Below, one piece after another: positions 9,609 through 18,594 of a DNA stretch of 64,000 nucleotides; positions within the stretch are counted from its first letter, which is position 1; each line of letters begins with the position of its first letter. A program made the position numbers and the translations under genes. The DNA is from Candidatus Latescibacterota bacterium (GTDB taxonomy: Bacteria > Latescibacterota > UBA2968 > UBA8231): positions 288,001 to 352,000 of the forward strand of contig CBDCSU010000005.1 of NCBI GenBank assembly GCA_965221775.1. Direction: 5' to 3'. The notes below the pieces were generated by a model. It ran no database searches. It saw only the letters and a program-made list of their open reading frames with translations, and was not told the DNA's origin.

Positions 9609-11551
9609 CAGTAGGCCACGGCCAGAACGCCGTGGTGGTCCTCGGCAAAGGCGTCGGCGTCGATCCGCAGCCGCCAGACGTAGGTGCCCGGCGCCAGCGC
9701 GCGGCCGTCGGCGCCGCGGCCGTCCCACAGGTATTCCGAGGGCCCCAGGCCGTGGAGCCCGAGGTCGGCGTGGGCCACGCGGCGGCCGGAGAGATCGAAG
9801 ATCTCGAAGCGCACCGGGGCCCTGTCGGTCAGCTGCAGCAGGTTGAACTGCACCCGCAGTCCGTCGTTGAGGCCGTCTCCGTTGGGCGTCACCACCGGGG
9901 TGGAGAGGGCGATCTGTCCCACGAGGCGGCCGATCTGCTCCTCCGGGATGGCCACGAAGAGGCCGGACAGCTCGTCGTGGTCGCCGGGCCCGAAGTCGGC
10001 GGCGTTGCCGCCCTCGAGGGGCTGGGGCACGGAGGGGTAGCGGCTGTTGATGGCGCGGCCCGAGAACGTGGTCCCGAAGCGGAACACCGGCAGATCGAAG
10101 GTGAACTCGAGGACGTCCCCGGCCCCGGAGATGAGGGGCAGGCCGATGCGGAAGGCGTCGTGCCGCGAGAACAGGACCTCCGCCTCCAGGGCCTCGCCGT
10201 TCAACCGCACCTGGCGCACCCTCTCCATGGGGACCGTCGTGTCCACCTCGAGCTGGTCGAAGCCGAGGACCGCTCCCGCCCGGCCCACGCGCACGGCGTA
10301 GCGGAAGCTGGCCGGCTCCTCGACCTGCGAGAGCCGCGGATAGACCTCGGCCCGCAGGGTGTCGGCGATGGGCGGCCTCAGGTAGGGGAAGGAGATGCTG
10401 TCCACCTGCCGGGTGTCGAAGAGGCGGCCGGCGAACTCCAGCCGGAACTGCACCCAGCGGCGCGGGATCGGGGCGGAGACCAGCGCCCCCGGGGCCGCCG
10501 ACTTCCAGGGGCTCCAGCTGTCGATGTCCTCGACCACCCCGGCGCGGTCCTGGGACTCCAGGCTCCAGTACTCCTCCGGGGTGATCTCGGCGAGGATGGT
10601 GCTCTCGGGATCCGCCGGGTCGGGCACGCGGTGCCGGAAGACCAGCGGCGTGTCGTCGTTGCCGGTGCGCACCCGCACCCTCATCTCGGAGAACTCGGGC
10701 GGCCCGGCGATCTCCTCCACCCAGCGCAGCGGCCCGATGGAGGCCCGGCCCCCGAGATCGATCAGGTCCGAGTAGTAGACCCCTCCATCCAGGTACCCGG
10801 TGCCGTAGACCTCCAGCTCGTCGACCTCGAAGGGGCGCTCGCTCAGGGAGCGCAGCTTCACCTGGCGCACGTAGCGCGGGGCGACATGCACGTCGACGAC
10901 GGGGTCGGTGTTGTTGGTGACCCGCGCCACGAGGATGTCGGGACTGCCGGCGGCGCGGTCCGTCTGCCGCGGGTTGATCCACACCTCGTAGGCGCGCAGG
11001 TAGTCGTCGTGGAAGGGCGTCTGCGGCGTCGCCACGACGGTGTTCCGCGGATAGAAGCGGATGCGCTCGACCCCCACCTGGCGCCCGAAGTCGAGCCACA
11101 CCCAGATCCCGAAGCTGGTCAGGGTCGGCTCGAGGAGGGTCGGCTTGCGCTCGAAGGCCACCGAGTGGTCGCCGTTCACCAGCCCCTGCAGCTGCCGCCG
11201 CACCAGGGCCGAGGGCCGGCCGATGGAGTTCGGCGCCCGGATGCGGCCGCCGCTCTCGAGGACGAGGCCGGCGATGTTGGTCTCGCCGTCGTAGTACCGG
11301 GGGCTGATCCAGCCCGGGCGATGCTCGAACTCGATGTCGGCGCCGGGCGCGTTCCCCGTGTCTAGGACCGCCCGGACGCCGGACCTCACCAGGTGGACGG
11401 GTTCTCCCCGGCCGCCCCCCTCGGCCCAGGAATGGCCGCCGTCGCCGAGGGTGTAGAGGGCGAGCTGGGCCCCGGCGCCGTCGGCGCAGGCCAGGGCCGC
11501 CAGGGCGAGGGCCGCGGCGCCCGCCCGCCGGGTGCGGAGGCGGCGGCTCAC
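9608..11551 (-). CDS. Secreted discoidin-like protein with C-terminal FlgD-Ig / T9SS type-B-like CTD (cargo A)
   Basis: GTGA overlap start, signal peptide VSRRLRTRRAGAAALALAALACADGAGAQ. WLDFGRQVGVERIRFYPR, DELEVYG, RTGNDD, WSPW. CTD VTPNGDGLND...IFDLSGRRV...WDGRGADGRALAPGTY...LAVAY. Confidence 0.8.
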   Translation of the reverse strand: MSRRLRTRRAGAAALALAALACADGAGAQLALYTLGDGGHSWAEGGGRGEPVHLVRSGVRAVLDTGNAPGADIEFEHRPGWISPRYYDGETNIAGLVLESGGRIRAPNSIGRPSALVRRQLQGLVNGDHSVAFERKPTLLEPTLTSFGIWVWLDFGRQVGVERIRFYPRNTVVATPQTPFHDDYLRAYEVWINPRQTDRAAGSPDILVARVTNNTDPVVDVHVAPRYVRQVKLRSLSERPFEVDELEVYGTGYLDGGVYYSDLIDLGGRASIGPLRWVEEIAGPPEFSEMRVRVRTGNDDTPLVFRHRVPDPADPESTILAEITPEEYWSLESQDRAGVVEDIDSWSPWKSAAPGALVSAPIPRRWVQFRLEFAGRLFDTRQVDSISFPYLRPPIADTLRAEVYPRLSQVEEPASFRYAVRVGRAGAVLGFDQLEVDTTVPMERVRQVRLNGEALEAEVLFSRHDAFRIGLPLISGAGDVLEFTFDLPVFRFGTTFSGRAINSRYPSVPQPLEGGNAADFGPGDHDELSGLFVAIPEEQIGRLVGQIALSTPVVTPNGDGLNDGLRVQFNLLQLTDRAPVRFEIFDLSGRRVAHADLGLHGLGPSEYLWDGRGADGRALAPGTYVWRLRIDADAFAEDHHGVLAVAY

Positions 11552-14280
11552 TGCAGCCCCGCGTTCATGCTCACGAAGAGCAGCGACGAGCGCTCGGCCG
11601 GTCCCGACTCCGGGTCGCGGTCGCCTACCTGGATGCCGCCGCGCGTGACCAGCTGGTAACCCTGGAAGCCGACCCGGTTGATGACCTGCACGATCAGGGT
11701 CCGGGCGGTGAAGCCGCTGTCGAGCTCCCGGCGCTCGCCCTCCAGCAGCCAGCCCCGGGTCCACTCCAGGCCGAGTTGCAGCTCGGTATCGAAGAGCTGC
11801 TTGCCGTAGCGGGCGTAGTAGTTGACGCTGGTCAGCTCGGAGAGCAGCGGCTGCCGCCACATGAGGAAGAGGGACTCCTCCAGGCTGCGGGCCAGGGGCC
11901 GCCGGGCGTCGTAGGGCCGGTCGGCGCGGTACTCGCTCTTCCAGCGCGGCTCCAGCAGCCCCCGGCCCACCGGGATCGACCACTCGGCGCGGTTGATCAG
12001 GCCCAGGAAACCCGACCTCGTCCGCCTCTCCTCCAGGCGCACCTCCGCCTCGTCCCGGCGCTGCCGGAAGGTCTCCCACTTGAAGCGGTGGAAGAGGCGC
12101 ACCCCCCGTCCCGGCCGCTGATCGAGGTCGGCGTAGAAGGTGTTGCGCCAGGTGTCGCGGGAGGGCAGCAGGTCCCGGTCGTCCTCCATGCGCCCCGTCG
12201 AGCCGCTCGGCTGCACCCACGTCTGCAGGTGATCGGGGATGTCGTCGCGCACCGAGGCGCCGAAGTCGAAGAGGCGCAGACGGGAGCGGCCCAGGCGCCC
12301 GGTCCAGGCGAGCATGGCGTACCACGACTCCGTCCTGCCGTCGCCGGAGATCAGGCGCATGCGCTGGCGGCCGGCCACGAGGCGGGCGTCGGGGGTGACG
12401 AAGAGCTTGCCGTGGAGGTTGAAGCCGCGGTGGTCGCGCCGGTAGGGGTAGTCGGCGTGCAGGTCGTTCTCGAAGGGGTCGGCGGTGCCGTTGTGGTTCA
12501 TGTCGACGCCGAAGAGGAACTCGGGCCGGTCCGACCGGAAGCGCAGGAAGGGCTCCTCGTAGTCGGGAACCAGGTTGCGGTTGTAGTTGAGGGAGACCGC
12601 CACCGGCTCTCCCGGCCGCGCGAAGGCCCCTCCCGGGCGGCGGGTGTTGTTCTGGTTGTAGTCGTAGATGAAGTCGCGGTTGAAGTCGACGCCGGGGAAG
12701 GCGATCCCCCCCGACCCGGTCTGCCACGGCCGCGACCACTCCGGGACGGCGTCGTGGTCGTCGTCGTCGTCGACCAGCTCGTAGAGCATGGGCACGGGGG
12801 CCTTGTACTGGATCAGGCCGTTGCCGAGGGTCAGCCAGTGGCTGGTGCTGTAGGCGTCGTCCATGGAGAACGTCTCCAGGAACAGGCCCCACGGGTAGAG
12901 GTTGTACGCGGCGATGCCGTAGGCGGCCCAGGCGGTGCGCACCATCTCGTGGTGCCGGCTCAGCCGCGGATTGGGATACCTCCGGTGCTGGCGGTTGAGG
13001 ACCGTCTCCCCCTGCACCGACAGACCGTGCCAGTCCACCAGGTCCCAGTCGAAGCCGATCAGCTCGTTGGCCGTGGGCAGGCCGTAGTCGAGGAGCAGGA
13101 CGCGGCCGTTGCTCTCGTCGCGGACGTTGCCCTCCGCCCGCGCGTAGGGGAGGAAGACCGTCTCCGGGTTGCGCAGGCCGTCGGTCTGGAGATTCGTGGC
13201 CAGCTCGATCCGGTAGTCGTTGGCCACGGCCAGCTCCACGGCGGCGGCCGTCACCGCCTTGGGGTCGAGGCCGAGCTCGAACAGGCCTCGCAGGTCGTAC
13301 TCCAGCAGCAGGCGCTCCGACCCGTCCACCACGAGGGCGCCCTCGCGCAGGCGCCCGCCCTCGATCACCGGGAGCAGGCCGAGGTCCCGGCCGCTGATGC
13401 GCACCCCGTTGGTGTCGGTGAAGACGATGTCGTGGCGGAAGACCCGGGCGCCGCCGACCCCGTCGGCCGGCGAGTCGTCCCGGACCTGCACCCAGAGCTT
13501 GTCCGGGGTCCGGTTCTGATTGCTGGTGAGCACGCCGGCCAGCGGGTTGCCGGCCCGGAACTCCGGCTCGGTGTTGGAGTTGTGCAGGTTCACGTAGGTC
13601 AGCCCGAGGCTGCCGGCCGCGAAGGGGGCGTAGCCCAGGCGGCCGCCCATCAGGTGGGTCACGTTCCTGCGGGGGCCGGTGGGCTGGCTCGGCCGGGAGA
13701 GGAGCAGGGTGCTCTCGAGGCGGTCCCTGGCATAGTCGAGGCGCACCCCCTCGAAGCCGGGCTTGCGCAGGGTCAGGGGCGTGAGCTGCACGTCGAGGAC
13801 GCTGCCCACCATGAGGCGGTAGGTCTCCCCGCCCCGCCGGTCCGAGGCGATGGCGAGCCCCTGAAACGCTCCCGGGAATCGAGGCCAGAGGATATCCGAG
13901 CCCTCGCGCGACGGCTGCACCTGCTCCCAGGAGTAGACCAGCCAGCCGCGGCCCAGATGCTCGCCGAAGGAGTCGTACCACTCCTCCCCCGCCAGGAACG
14001 GGTCGAGGTAGCGCAGGTAGCGGTCGCGGGCGTAGTTGGCGCCGGTGTCGTACCAGTGGCTGGCGTAGGTGCCGGCGAGGCTTCGGGAGGCGTACCACTT
14101 GTGCAGGGCCGGAGTCGTGTAGTCCACCTCGAAGCGCGGCGACAGGTCGACCCGGTCCCGGGGCGCCTCGACCCGGGTGTCGTACCTCTGGCCCTCCAGC
14201 GGGAGCGGCACGCCCCCGGCCAGGAGCAGGGCCGCCCACAGGGCCGCACGGGGCCCCCGGCCTGTCGCGGGAGAGGGCAT
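11548..14280 (-). CDS. Uncharacterised large exported protein, putative outer-membrane protein (paralog 2)
   Basis: Real coding part of ORF 11548..17691, from MPSPATGRGPRAALWAALLLAGG (TGATG overlap). Shares PALxKWY, RGWLVY, DDSPxDGxGGA, VANDYRI, DYGxPTxN, EEPFLR, GVDxNHNGT, PRWKSE with paralog 1. Confidence 0.75.
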   Translation of the reverse strand: MPSPATGRGPRAALWAALLLAGGVPLPLEGQRYDTRVEAPRDRVDLSPRFEVDYTTPALHKWYASRSLAGTYASHWYDTGANYARDRYLRYLDPFLAGEEWYDSFGEHLGRGWLVYSWEQVQPSREGSDILWPRFPGAFQGLAIASDRRGGETYRLMVGSVLDVQLTPLTLRKPGFEGVRLDYARDRLESTLLLSRPSQPTGPRRNVTHLMGGRLGYAPFAAGSLGLTYVNLHNSNTEPEFRAGNPLAGVLTSNQNRTPDKLWVQVRDDSPADGVGGARVFRHDIVFTDTNGVRISGRDLGLLPVIEGGRLREGALVVDGSERLLLEYDLRGLFELGLDPKAVTAAAVELAVANDYRIELATNLQTDGLRNPETVFLPYARAEGNVRDESNGRVLLLDYGLPTANELIGFDWDLVDWHGLSVQGETVLNRQHRRYPNPRLSRHHEMVRTAWAAYGIAAYNLYPWGLFLETFSMDDAYSTSHWLTLGNGLIQYKAPVPMLYELVDDDDDHDAVPEWSRPWQTGSGGIAFPGVDFNRDFIYDYNQNNTRRPGGAFARPGEPVAVSLNYNRNLVPDYEEPFLRFRSDRPEFLFGVDMNHNGTADPFENDLHADYPYRRDHRGFNLHGKLFVTPDARLVAGRQRMRLISGDGRTESWYAMLAWTGRLGRSRLRLFDFGASVRDDIPDHLQTWVQPSGSTGRMEDDRDLLPSRDTWRNTFYADLDQRPGRGVRLFHRFKWETFRQRRDEAEVRLEERRTRSGFLGLINRAEWSIPVGRGLLEPRWKSEYRADRPYDARRPLARSLEESLFLMWRQPLLSELTSVNYYARYGKQLFDTELQLGLEWTRGWLLEGERRELDSGFTARTLIVQVINRVGFQGYQLVTRGGIQVGDRDPESGPAERSSLLFVSMNAGLQ

Positions 14281-16781
14281 CACCAGGCCACGTGCACGAG
14301 GCGGACCCGGCTGGTGCGCCGGCCTCCGGTGTCCACGCCCACCTGGACGCGCGCGGCATAGATGCCGGGCGCCACGAGGGCGCCCGAGTCGTCGCGGCCG
14401 TCCCACGGGAACTCGTGGCGGCCGCTGGCCTGGGGCGGCACCCGGGACAGGTCGCGCACGAGCCGGCCGGAGAGGTCGTGGATGGCCACCGTGATCCGCG
14501 GCGGGCCCCGCACCTGGAAGACCTGGAAGGAGAGGACGGCCTCGTCGTTGACGCCGTCGCCGTTGGGGGTCAGCACCGGGGGCGTCACCTCCAGCGGCGC
14601 CAGCAGGCGCCCGGCCTCCAGGTCGGAGACGACCACCAGGGACTGGCTCTCCACCAGGTCGGTGGCGTCTCCCTCGCTGGCGATCTGCAGGATCCCGGGC
14701 TCCGAGGAGCGCGACAGCTCGACCCGGAAGGTGGTGCCGCTGAGGAAGACCTGGGTGCGGATGCGGGCCGCATAGACCGAGCGGCCCGAGGTGACCGGCC
14801 CGGGGAAGCGGACGTCCACGCCTCCCTCCACCGGAGCGGCGGCGGCGGTGGCCAGCAGGTCGACGGCGGTCCCCGTGCGCAGGCCGACCTCGGAGCCGGC
14901 GTGCAGGGAGAGCAGCTCCATGGGCGCGCTCGAGGAGGAGCGGATCCCCAGGCGGTCGAAGCCCGGGTCGCCGACCCGGAAGCGGGGCCGCATGTAGATG
15001 GTGAACTCCTGATCGACGCCCGCGGGGACACCGCTGGTGGGCCAGATCTCGGCCCACACCTGGTCCACCAGGGGCTCGGCGAGACCGATCCGCAGGCCGC
15101 GTATGGCGGCGCGCCTGAGGGGGTTGATGGTCAGCAGACGCACCTGGGCCAACGCGTAACGCCGCGGACTCGGGGAGCGGAAGGGCTCCGGCGACTCGCG
15201 GTAGACCTCGCTCCAGCTGCTCCACTTCTGCCCGGGCACGTAGAGCGTGTCCACGGGGCCCCGGTTCGACTCGCGGGCCCGCTCCCAGCGCTCCTGATCT
15301 ATGGGGAAACCGGCGCCATCGAGGAATCTCAGTTCCTGGCGCAGGTCGTCTCCCGAGCGCGTGCGGATCTCGATGCGGGTCTCCCGCGGCGCCTCCCCCT
15401 CCCACGACAGCGAGCTGAACATGCGCGACCCCGGCAGGGTGATCAGCGGCGAGGTGAGGACCACCTCCGAGACGAAGCCCTCGCCGAAGGCCAGCATCTC
15501 GGCGAGCTGGCCGCTCTCCTGCTCGGTGCCCAGCAGCGCCAGGGCGCGCAGCTGCACGTGGCGCACCTCCTGCAGCGGGAAGGTCTCTTCCAGCTGGTGG
15601 AAGCGGTCGCGGTTCAGGCGCTCCTCCAGCTCGTTCCAGACACGCTCCCCGTTGGGGTCGATGGAGCCGTCCGAGAGCAGCACCTGGTAGGCCCGCAGCG
15701 GCTGCTGCGGAGTGACCAGGCGAACCCGGTCGAGCCAGTACTTGGCGCCCAGGTCGACCTCCAGCTGGTTGCGCCGCCGCACCTGGTCGTACGGCTTGAT
15801 GGGGAACCACGTGTAGAAGAACCCGTCCGTCGAGATGGTGCGCACCAGGTCGCCGATGGCCCGGGTCTGAAGGTTGATGAGCCGCTGCGTGTTGAGGACC
15901 ACGTTCTCCCCGGGGGTGATCACCTCCAGCTCCGCCACCCGGGGGCGCTCGCGGCGATAGTGGCGCACCGGGCCCCGCTCGGCCTCGGGCAGGGCCCTCC
16001 AGGTCGCCTCGGAGACGGGGATCTCCCGGCCCGCCACCGTGGTGCGGTGGTATGCCACCGCGCCCCGGTCCTCCGGCGGCAGGGCCGCGTGCTCCTCCGG
16101 CGAGACCTGGCGGCCGCGGTCCCCGTCCGAGCCGAGGGCCTCCAGACGGACGAACTGCACCACCTGGCCCGTCACCCCCGGAGGCAGGGGGCGCTGCGGC
16201 TTGATGTCGAAGACGAAGTACCGCTCGTCCTTGTTGGGCAGGACCACCTGGCCGCCGCGGAAGTAGTCTAGGTCGTCGTTGAGGCGGCCGAGCCCGTTGG
16301 AGAGGCGCACGCGGAACTTCAGGAACGGGTCGCCCTCGCCTTGGGGCGCGAACCGCACCACCACCTGCTCGGCGATCACGGCGCGGCCGAGGTCGATCTC
16401 GACGAACCAGTCCTCCACGTCGTCGGCCGGGTCCGGCTCCCACCAAGTGAGGGGGTCCCCGTCGTGCACCAGGGAACCCGTCTCGGCGCCGCTGCCGATG
16501 GCGTGGACGCCGCCGGTGACCGTGTCGGAATCGGCGAAGATGGCGATGTACTGGTGGGCATCGAGGGCGGCGTTGCCCCGCCGCTCCAGCCCCCGGGGGG
16601 TCACGGTGCCGTCCGGCCCCAGCTCCAGGGCGCCCTCGGGCAGCTGCCACGCCGACCAGTGAGCGGGGCGGTCGACGACGACCTCCGTCGGCCTCAGCCG
16701 GTAGCCCTCCTGGGGGGCGGCGGCGGTGCCGAGGAGCACGAGAGCGGCCCCGAGCCAGCCGGGCGGGCGGGAACGGACCAT
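14280..16781 (-). CDS. Secreted double-discoidin-like protein with C-terminal FlgD-Ig / T9SS type-B-like CTD (cargo B)
   Basis: Signal peptide. Two F5/8-like units (DGDPLTWW..VEIDLGRAV; LEVDLGAKYWLDRVRL). RTRSGDD, WSSW, SPSPRRY. CTD LTPNGDGVND...HDLSGRLVR...WDGRDDSGALVAPGIY...VHVAW. Confidence 0.85.
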   Translation of the reverse strand: MVRSRPPGWLGAALVLLGTAAAPQEGYRLRPTEVVVDRPAHWSAWQLPEGALELGPDGTVTPRGLERRGNAALDAHQYIAIFADSDTVTGGVHAIGSGAETGSLVHDGDPLTWWEPDPADDVEDWFVEIDLGRAVIAEQVVVRFAPQGEGDPFLKFRVRLSNGLGRLNDDLDYFRGGQVVLPNKDERYFVFDIKPQRPLPPGVTGQVVQFVRLEALGSDGDRGRQVSPEEHAALPPEDRGAVAYHRTTVAGREIPVSEATWRALPEAERGPVRHYRRERPRVAELEVITPGENVVLNTQRLINLQTRAIGDLVRTISTDGFFYTWFPIKPYDQVRRRNQLEVDLGAKYWLDRVRLVTPQQPLRAYQVLLSDGSIDPNGERVWNELEERLNRDRFHQLEETFPLQEVRHVQLRALALLGTEQESGQLAEMLAFGEGFVSEVVLTSPLITLPGSRMFSSLSWEGEAPRETRIEIRTRSGDDLRQELRFLDGAGFPIDQERWERARESNRGPVDTLYVPGQKWSSWSEVYRESPEPFRSPSPRRYALAQVRLLTINPLRRAAIRGLRIGLAEPLVDQVWAEIWPTSGVPAGVDQEFTIYMRPRFRVGDPGFDRLGIRSSSSAPMELLSLHAGSEVGLRTGTAVDLLATAAAAPVEGGVDVRFPGPVTSGRSVYAARIRTQVFLSGTTFRVELSRSSEPGILQIASEGDATDLVESQSLVVVSDLEAGRLLAPLEVTPPVLTPNGDGVNDEAVLSFQVFQVRGPPRITVAIHDLSGRLVRDLSRVPPQASGRHEFPWDGRDDSGALVAPGIYAARVQVGVDTGGRRTSRVRLVHVAW

Positions 16782-18593
16782 TCAGTAGGCCAGTTCCACG
16801 ACGCCCCGGCGCCGGCCGGTGCCGCCGTCGGCATGGACGCGCAGCTCGTAGAGGTAGAGGCCGGGCGGGACCGGGCGGCCGCTGCCGTCGAGACCGTCCC
16901 AGGCGGCGGTGAGGGTGCCGGCGCCGTGGTCCGCCTCCCAGGCCCGGACCAGGGGGCGGCCGTCGACGGCGAAGATGTCGAGGGTCAGCCGCGCCGGTTC
17001 CATGAGCTTGAGGAGGGTGAAGGTCAGCTCGAGCCGGTCGTTGACGCCGTCGGCGTTGGGGGTCGTCACCGGGCTGGCGGCCCTCAGGTTGGAGATCACG
17101 GACAGGCCTCCCTCTGCCGCCCCGTGGCGCACGACCAGACCGCCTCCGGGCTCGCCGTCGATGTCGGCGGGACGGGCGACCTGGTAGGCCACCCTCGATT
17201 CCCCCTCCTCGGTGCGCCGGTCGAGGGCCTGCACCTCGAACCGCGTGCGCTCGTGGAAGACCGTGGCCGTGAACTCCACCTGCAGGAAGCTGCCGTCCTG
17301 CACCACCCGGCGGGGCAGGTTGACGGTGAAGCCGGTGCCCGGCTCGACCTCGATGAAGGGCAGCACCTCCAGGTCGTCGACGCGGATGCGCGTCACCTCG
17401 CCGATCTCGGCCGCCGTCCTCACCTGCAACTGCCGGAAGCCCGTGTCCCGGTGCGACTCGGAGCCGGTGCGGTCCAGGTGGACCTGAAGGGAGAGGGTGA
17501 AGGGGGTCTCCACCCCGGCCCGCGCCTCCAGGGGCGAGATCTCGGCCGCCAGGTCCCGGGCGACCGGTGGATAGACGTACTCGAACCGCAGTTCCCGCAG
17601 GCCGGCGCCGGGTTCGGTCAGGGTGACGTGGAACTGCAGGTAGCGGTTCAGGGGCGGTGAGCGCACGAGTCCGTCGGTGACCGGCTCCCATGGGCTCCAG
17701 GCCGGGTTGAGCTCGACCGGCCCTCTATCCTCCGGCGGGGCGTTCTCCCAGCCCGCCTTGCTGTACTGGACCACGTCGCCGCCCTGGATCAGGTAGTAGA
17801 GGAGGGGGCTGCGGTCCGGCCCGGTGCGGGTGCGCACCACCACCGGCGCGGTGGAGACATCGCCGCCCTCGTAGAGCACGCGTCCCCACACCGGCTCCGG
17901 ACGCCCGGCCCGCAGCGGCTGGGACTCGAACTCCCCCACGGGGAGCGTGCCGTCCGAGTAGACCTCCAGCTCGGCGATCTCCCAGGCGCGGTCGACCTGC
18001 GGCTCCAGGGCGAGCACCCGCGCCTCGACGCTGCGGAAGCGTTTGTCCACCACGGGGGAGGTGTTCTCGTTGGGGGCCTTGAAGAACATCACCCCGCGCG
18101 AGTCGGCCAGGGGGTCGAGGAATTGCGCCGCCGACAGGGTGAACTCCTGCAGGAAACGGTTGCGGTTGCCGAAGTCGAGGCGGGGGTGGAACCGGACGCG
18201 GTTGATGCGGAAGGTGGCCCCCAGGTCGACCCACAAGGTGGAGGACCGCACCACCCCCTCCTGCAGGTCGGGATCGAAGAAAGTGGTCGGATCGCCGTCG
18301 AAGAGCGCTTCGCCGCCGGGCAGCGGCGTCAGCCCCCTCTCCGGGTCCGAGTACAGCACCCGTCCGCCGCGCTCGCCGAGGGTGGCGGACAGGTTCGCGT
18401 TGGGCTCCACGTCCCACATCCAGATGCCCTCCCCGGTGACGGCGACGTACCGGGAGGAGGACTCCGCCCCGCGCCAGGAGAGCTCGGGCCCGACGGAGAC
18501 GTAGCGGACCTCGCCGGCCGCCGGGCGGCCGAGCGACAGGAGGGCGGCGGCTACCGCGAGGGGCCGCATCATCGCCGTGCGCGCCGCGGGCAT
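16782..18593 (-). CDS. Secreted discoidin-like protein with C-terminal FlgD-Ig / T9SS type-B-like CTD (cargo C)
   Basis: Start re-called to MPAARTAMMRPLAVAAALLSLG. DGDPTTFF..WVDLGATFRINRVRFHPR, AELEVY, RTRTGPD, WSPW. CTD TTPNADGVND...WDGLDGSGRPVPPGLY...VELAY. Confidence 0.8.
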   Translation of the reverse strand: MPAARTAMMRPLAVAAALLSLGRPAAGEVRYVSVGPELSWRGAESSSRYVAVTGEGIWMWDVEPNANLSATLGERGGRVLYSDPERGLTPLPGGEALFDGDPTTFFDPDLQEGVVRSSTLWVDLGATFRINRVRFHPRLDFGNRNRFLQEFTLSAAQFLDPLADSRGVMFFKAPNENTSPVVDKRFRSVEARVLALEPQVDRAWEIAELEVYSDGTLPVGEFESQPLRAGRPEPVWGRVLYEGGDVSTAPVVVRTRTGPDRSPLLYYLIQGGDVVQYSKAGWENAPPEDRGPVELNPAWSPWEPVTDGLVRSPPLNRYLQFHVTLTEPGAGLRELRFEYVYPPVARDLAAEISPLEARAGVETPFTLSLQVHLDRTGSESHRDTGFRQLQVRTAAEIGEVTRIRVDDLEVLPFIEVEPGTGFTVNLPRRVVQDGSFLQVEFTATVFHERTRFEVQALDRRTEEGESRVAYQVARPADIDGEPGGGLVVRHGAAEGGLSVISNLRAASPVTTPNADGVNDRLELTFTLLKLMEPARLTLDIFAVDGRPLVRAWEADHGAGTLTAAWDGLDGSGRPVPPGLYLYELRVHADGGTGRRRGVVELAY

Positions 18594-18594
18594 C

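Noticed and set aside
6790-17691. Very long ORFs in the track (952, 1375, 1583, 2047 aa) suggesting giant or overlapping proteins
   Set aside because: Their N-terminal parts are Arg/Pro/Gly-rich off-frame read-through typical of high-GC DNA. The real genes start at internal signal peptides coupled to upstream stops.
9608-18593. Flagellar hook-cap (FlgD) genes, and FlgT at 32939
   Set aside because: Only the Ig-like or C-terminal domains resemble flagellar proteins. There are no flagellar structural genes, and the proteins have Sec or lipoprotein signals.
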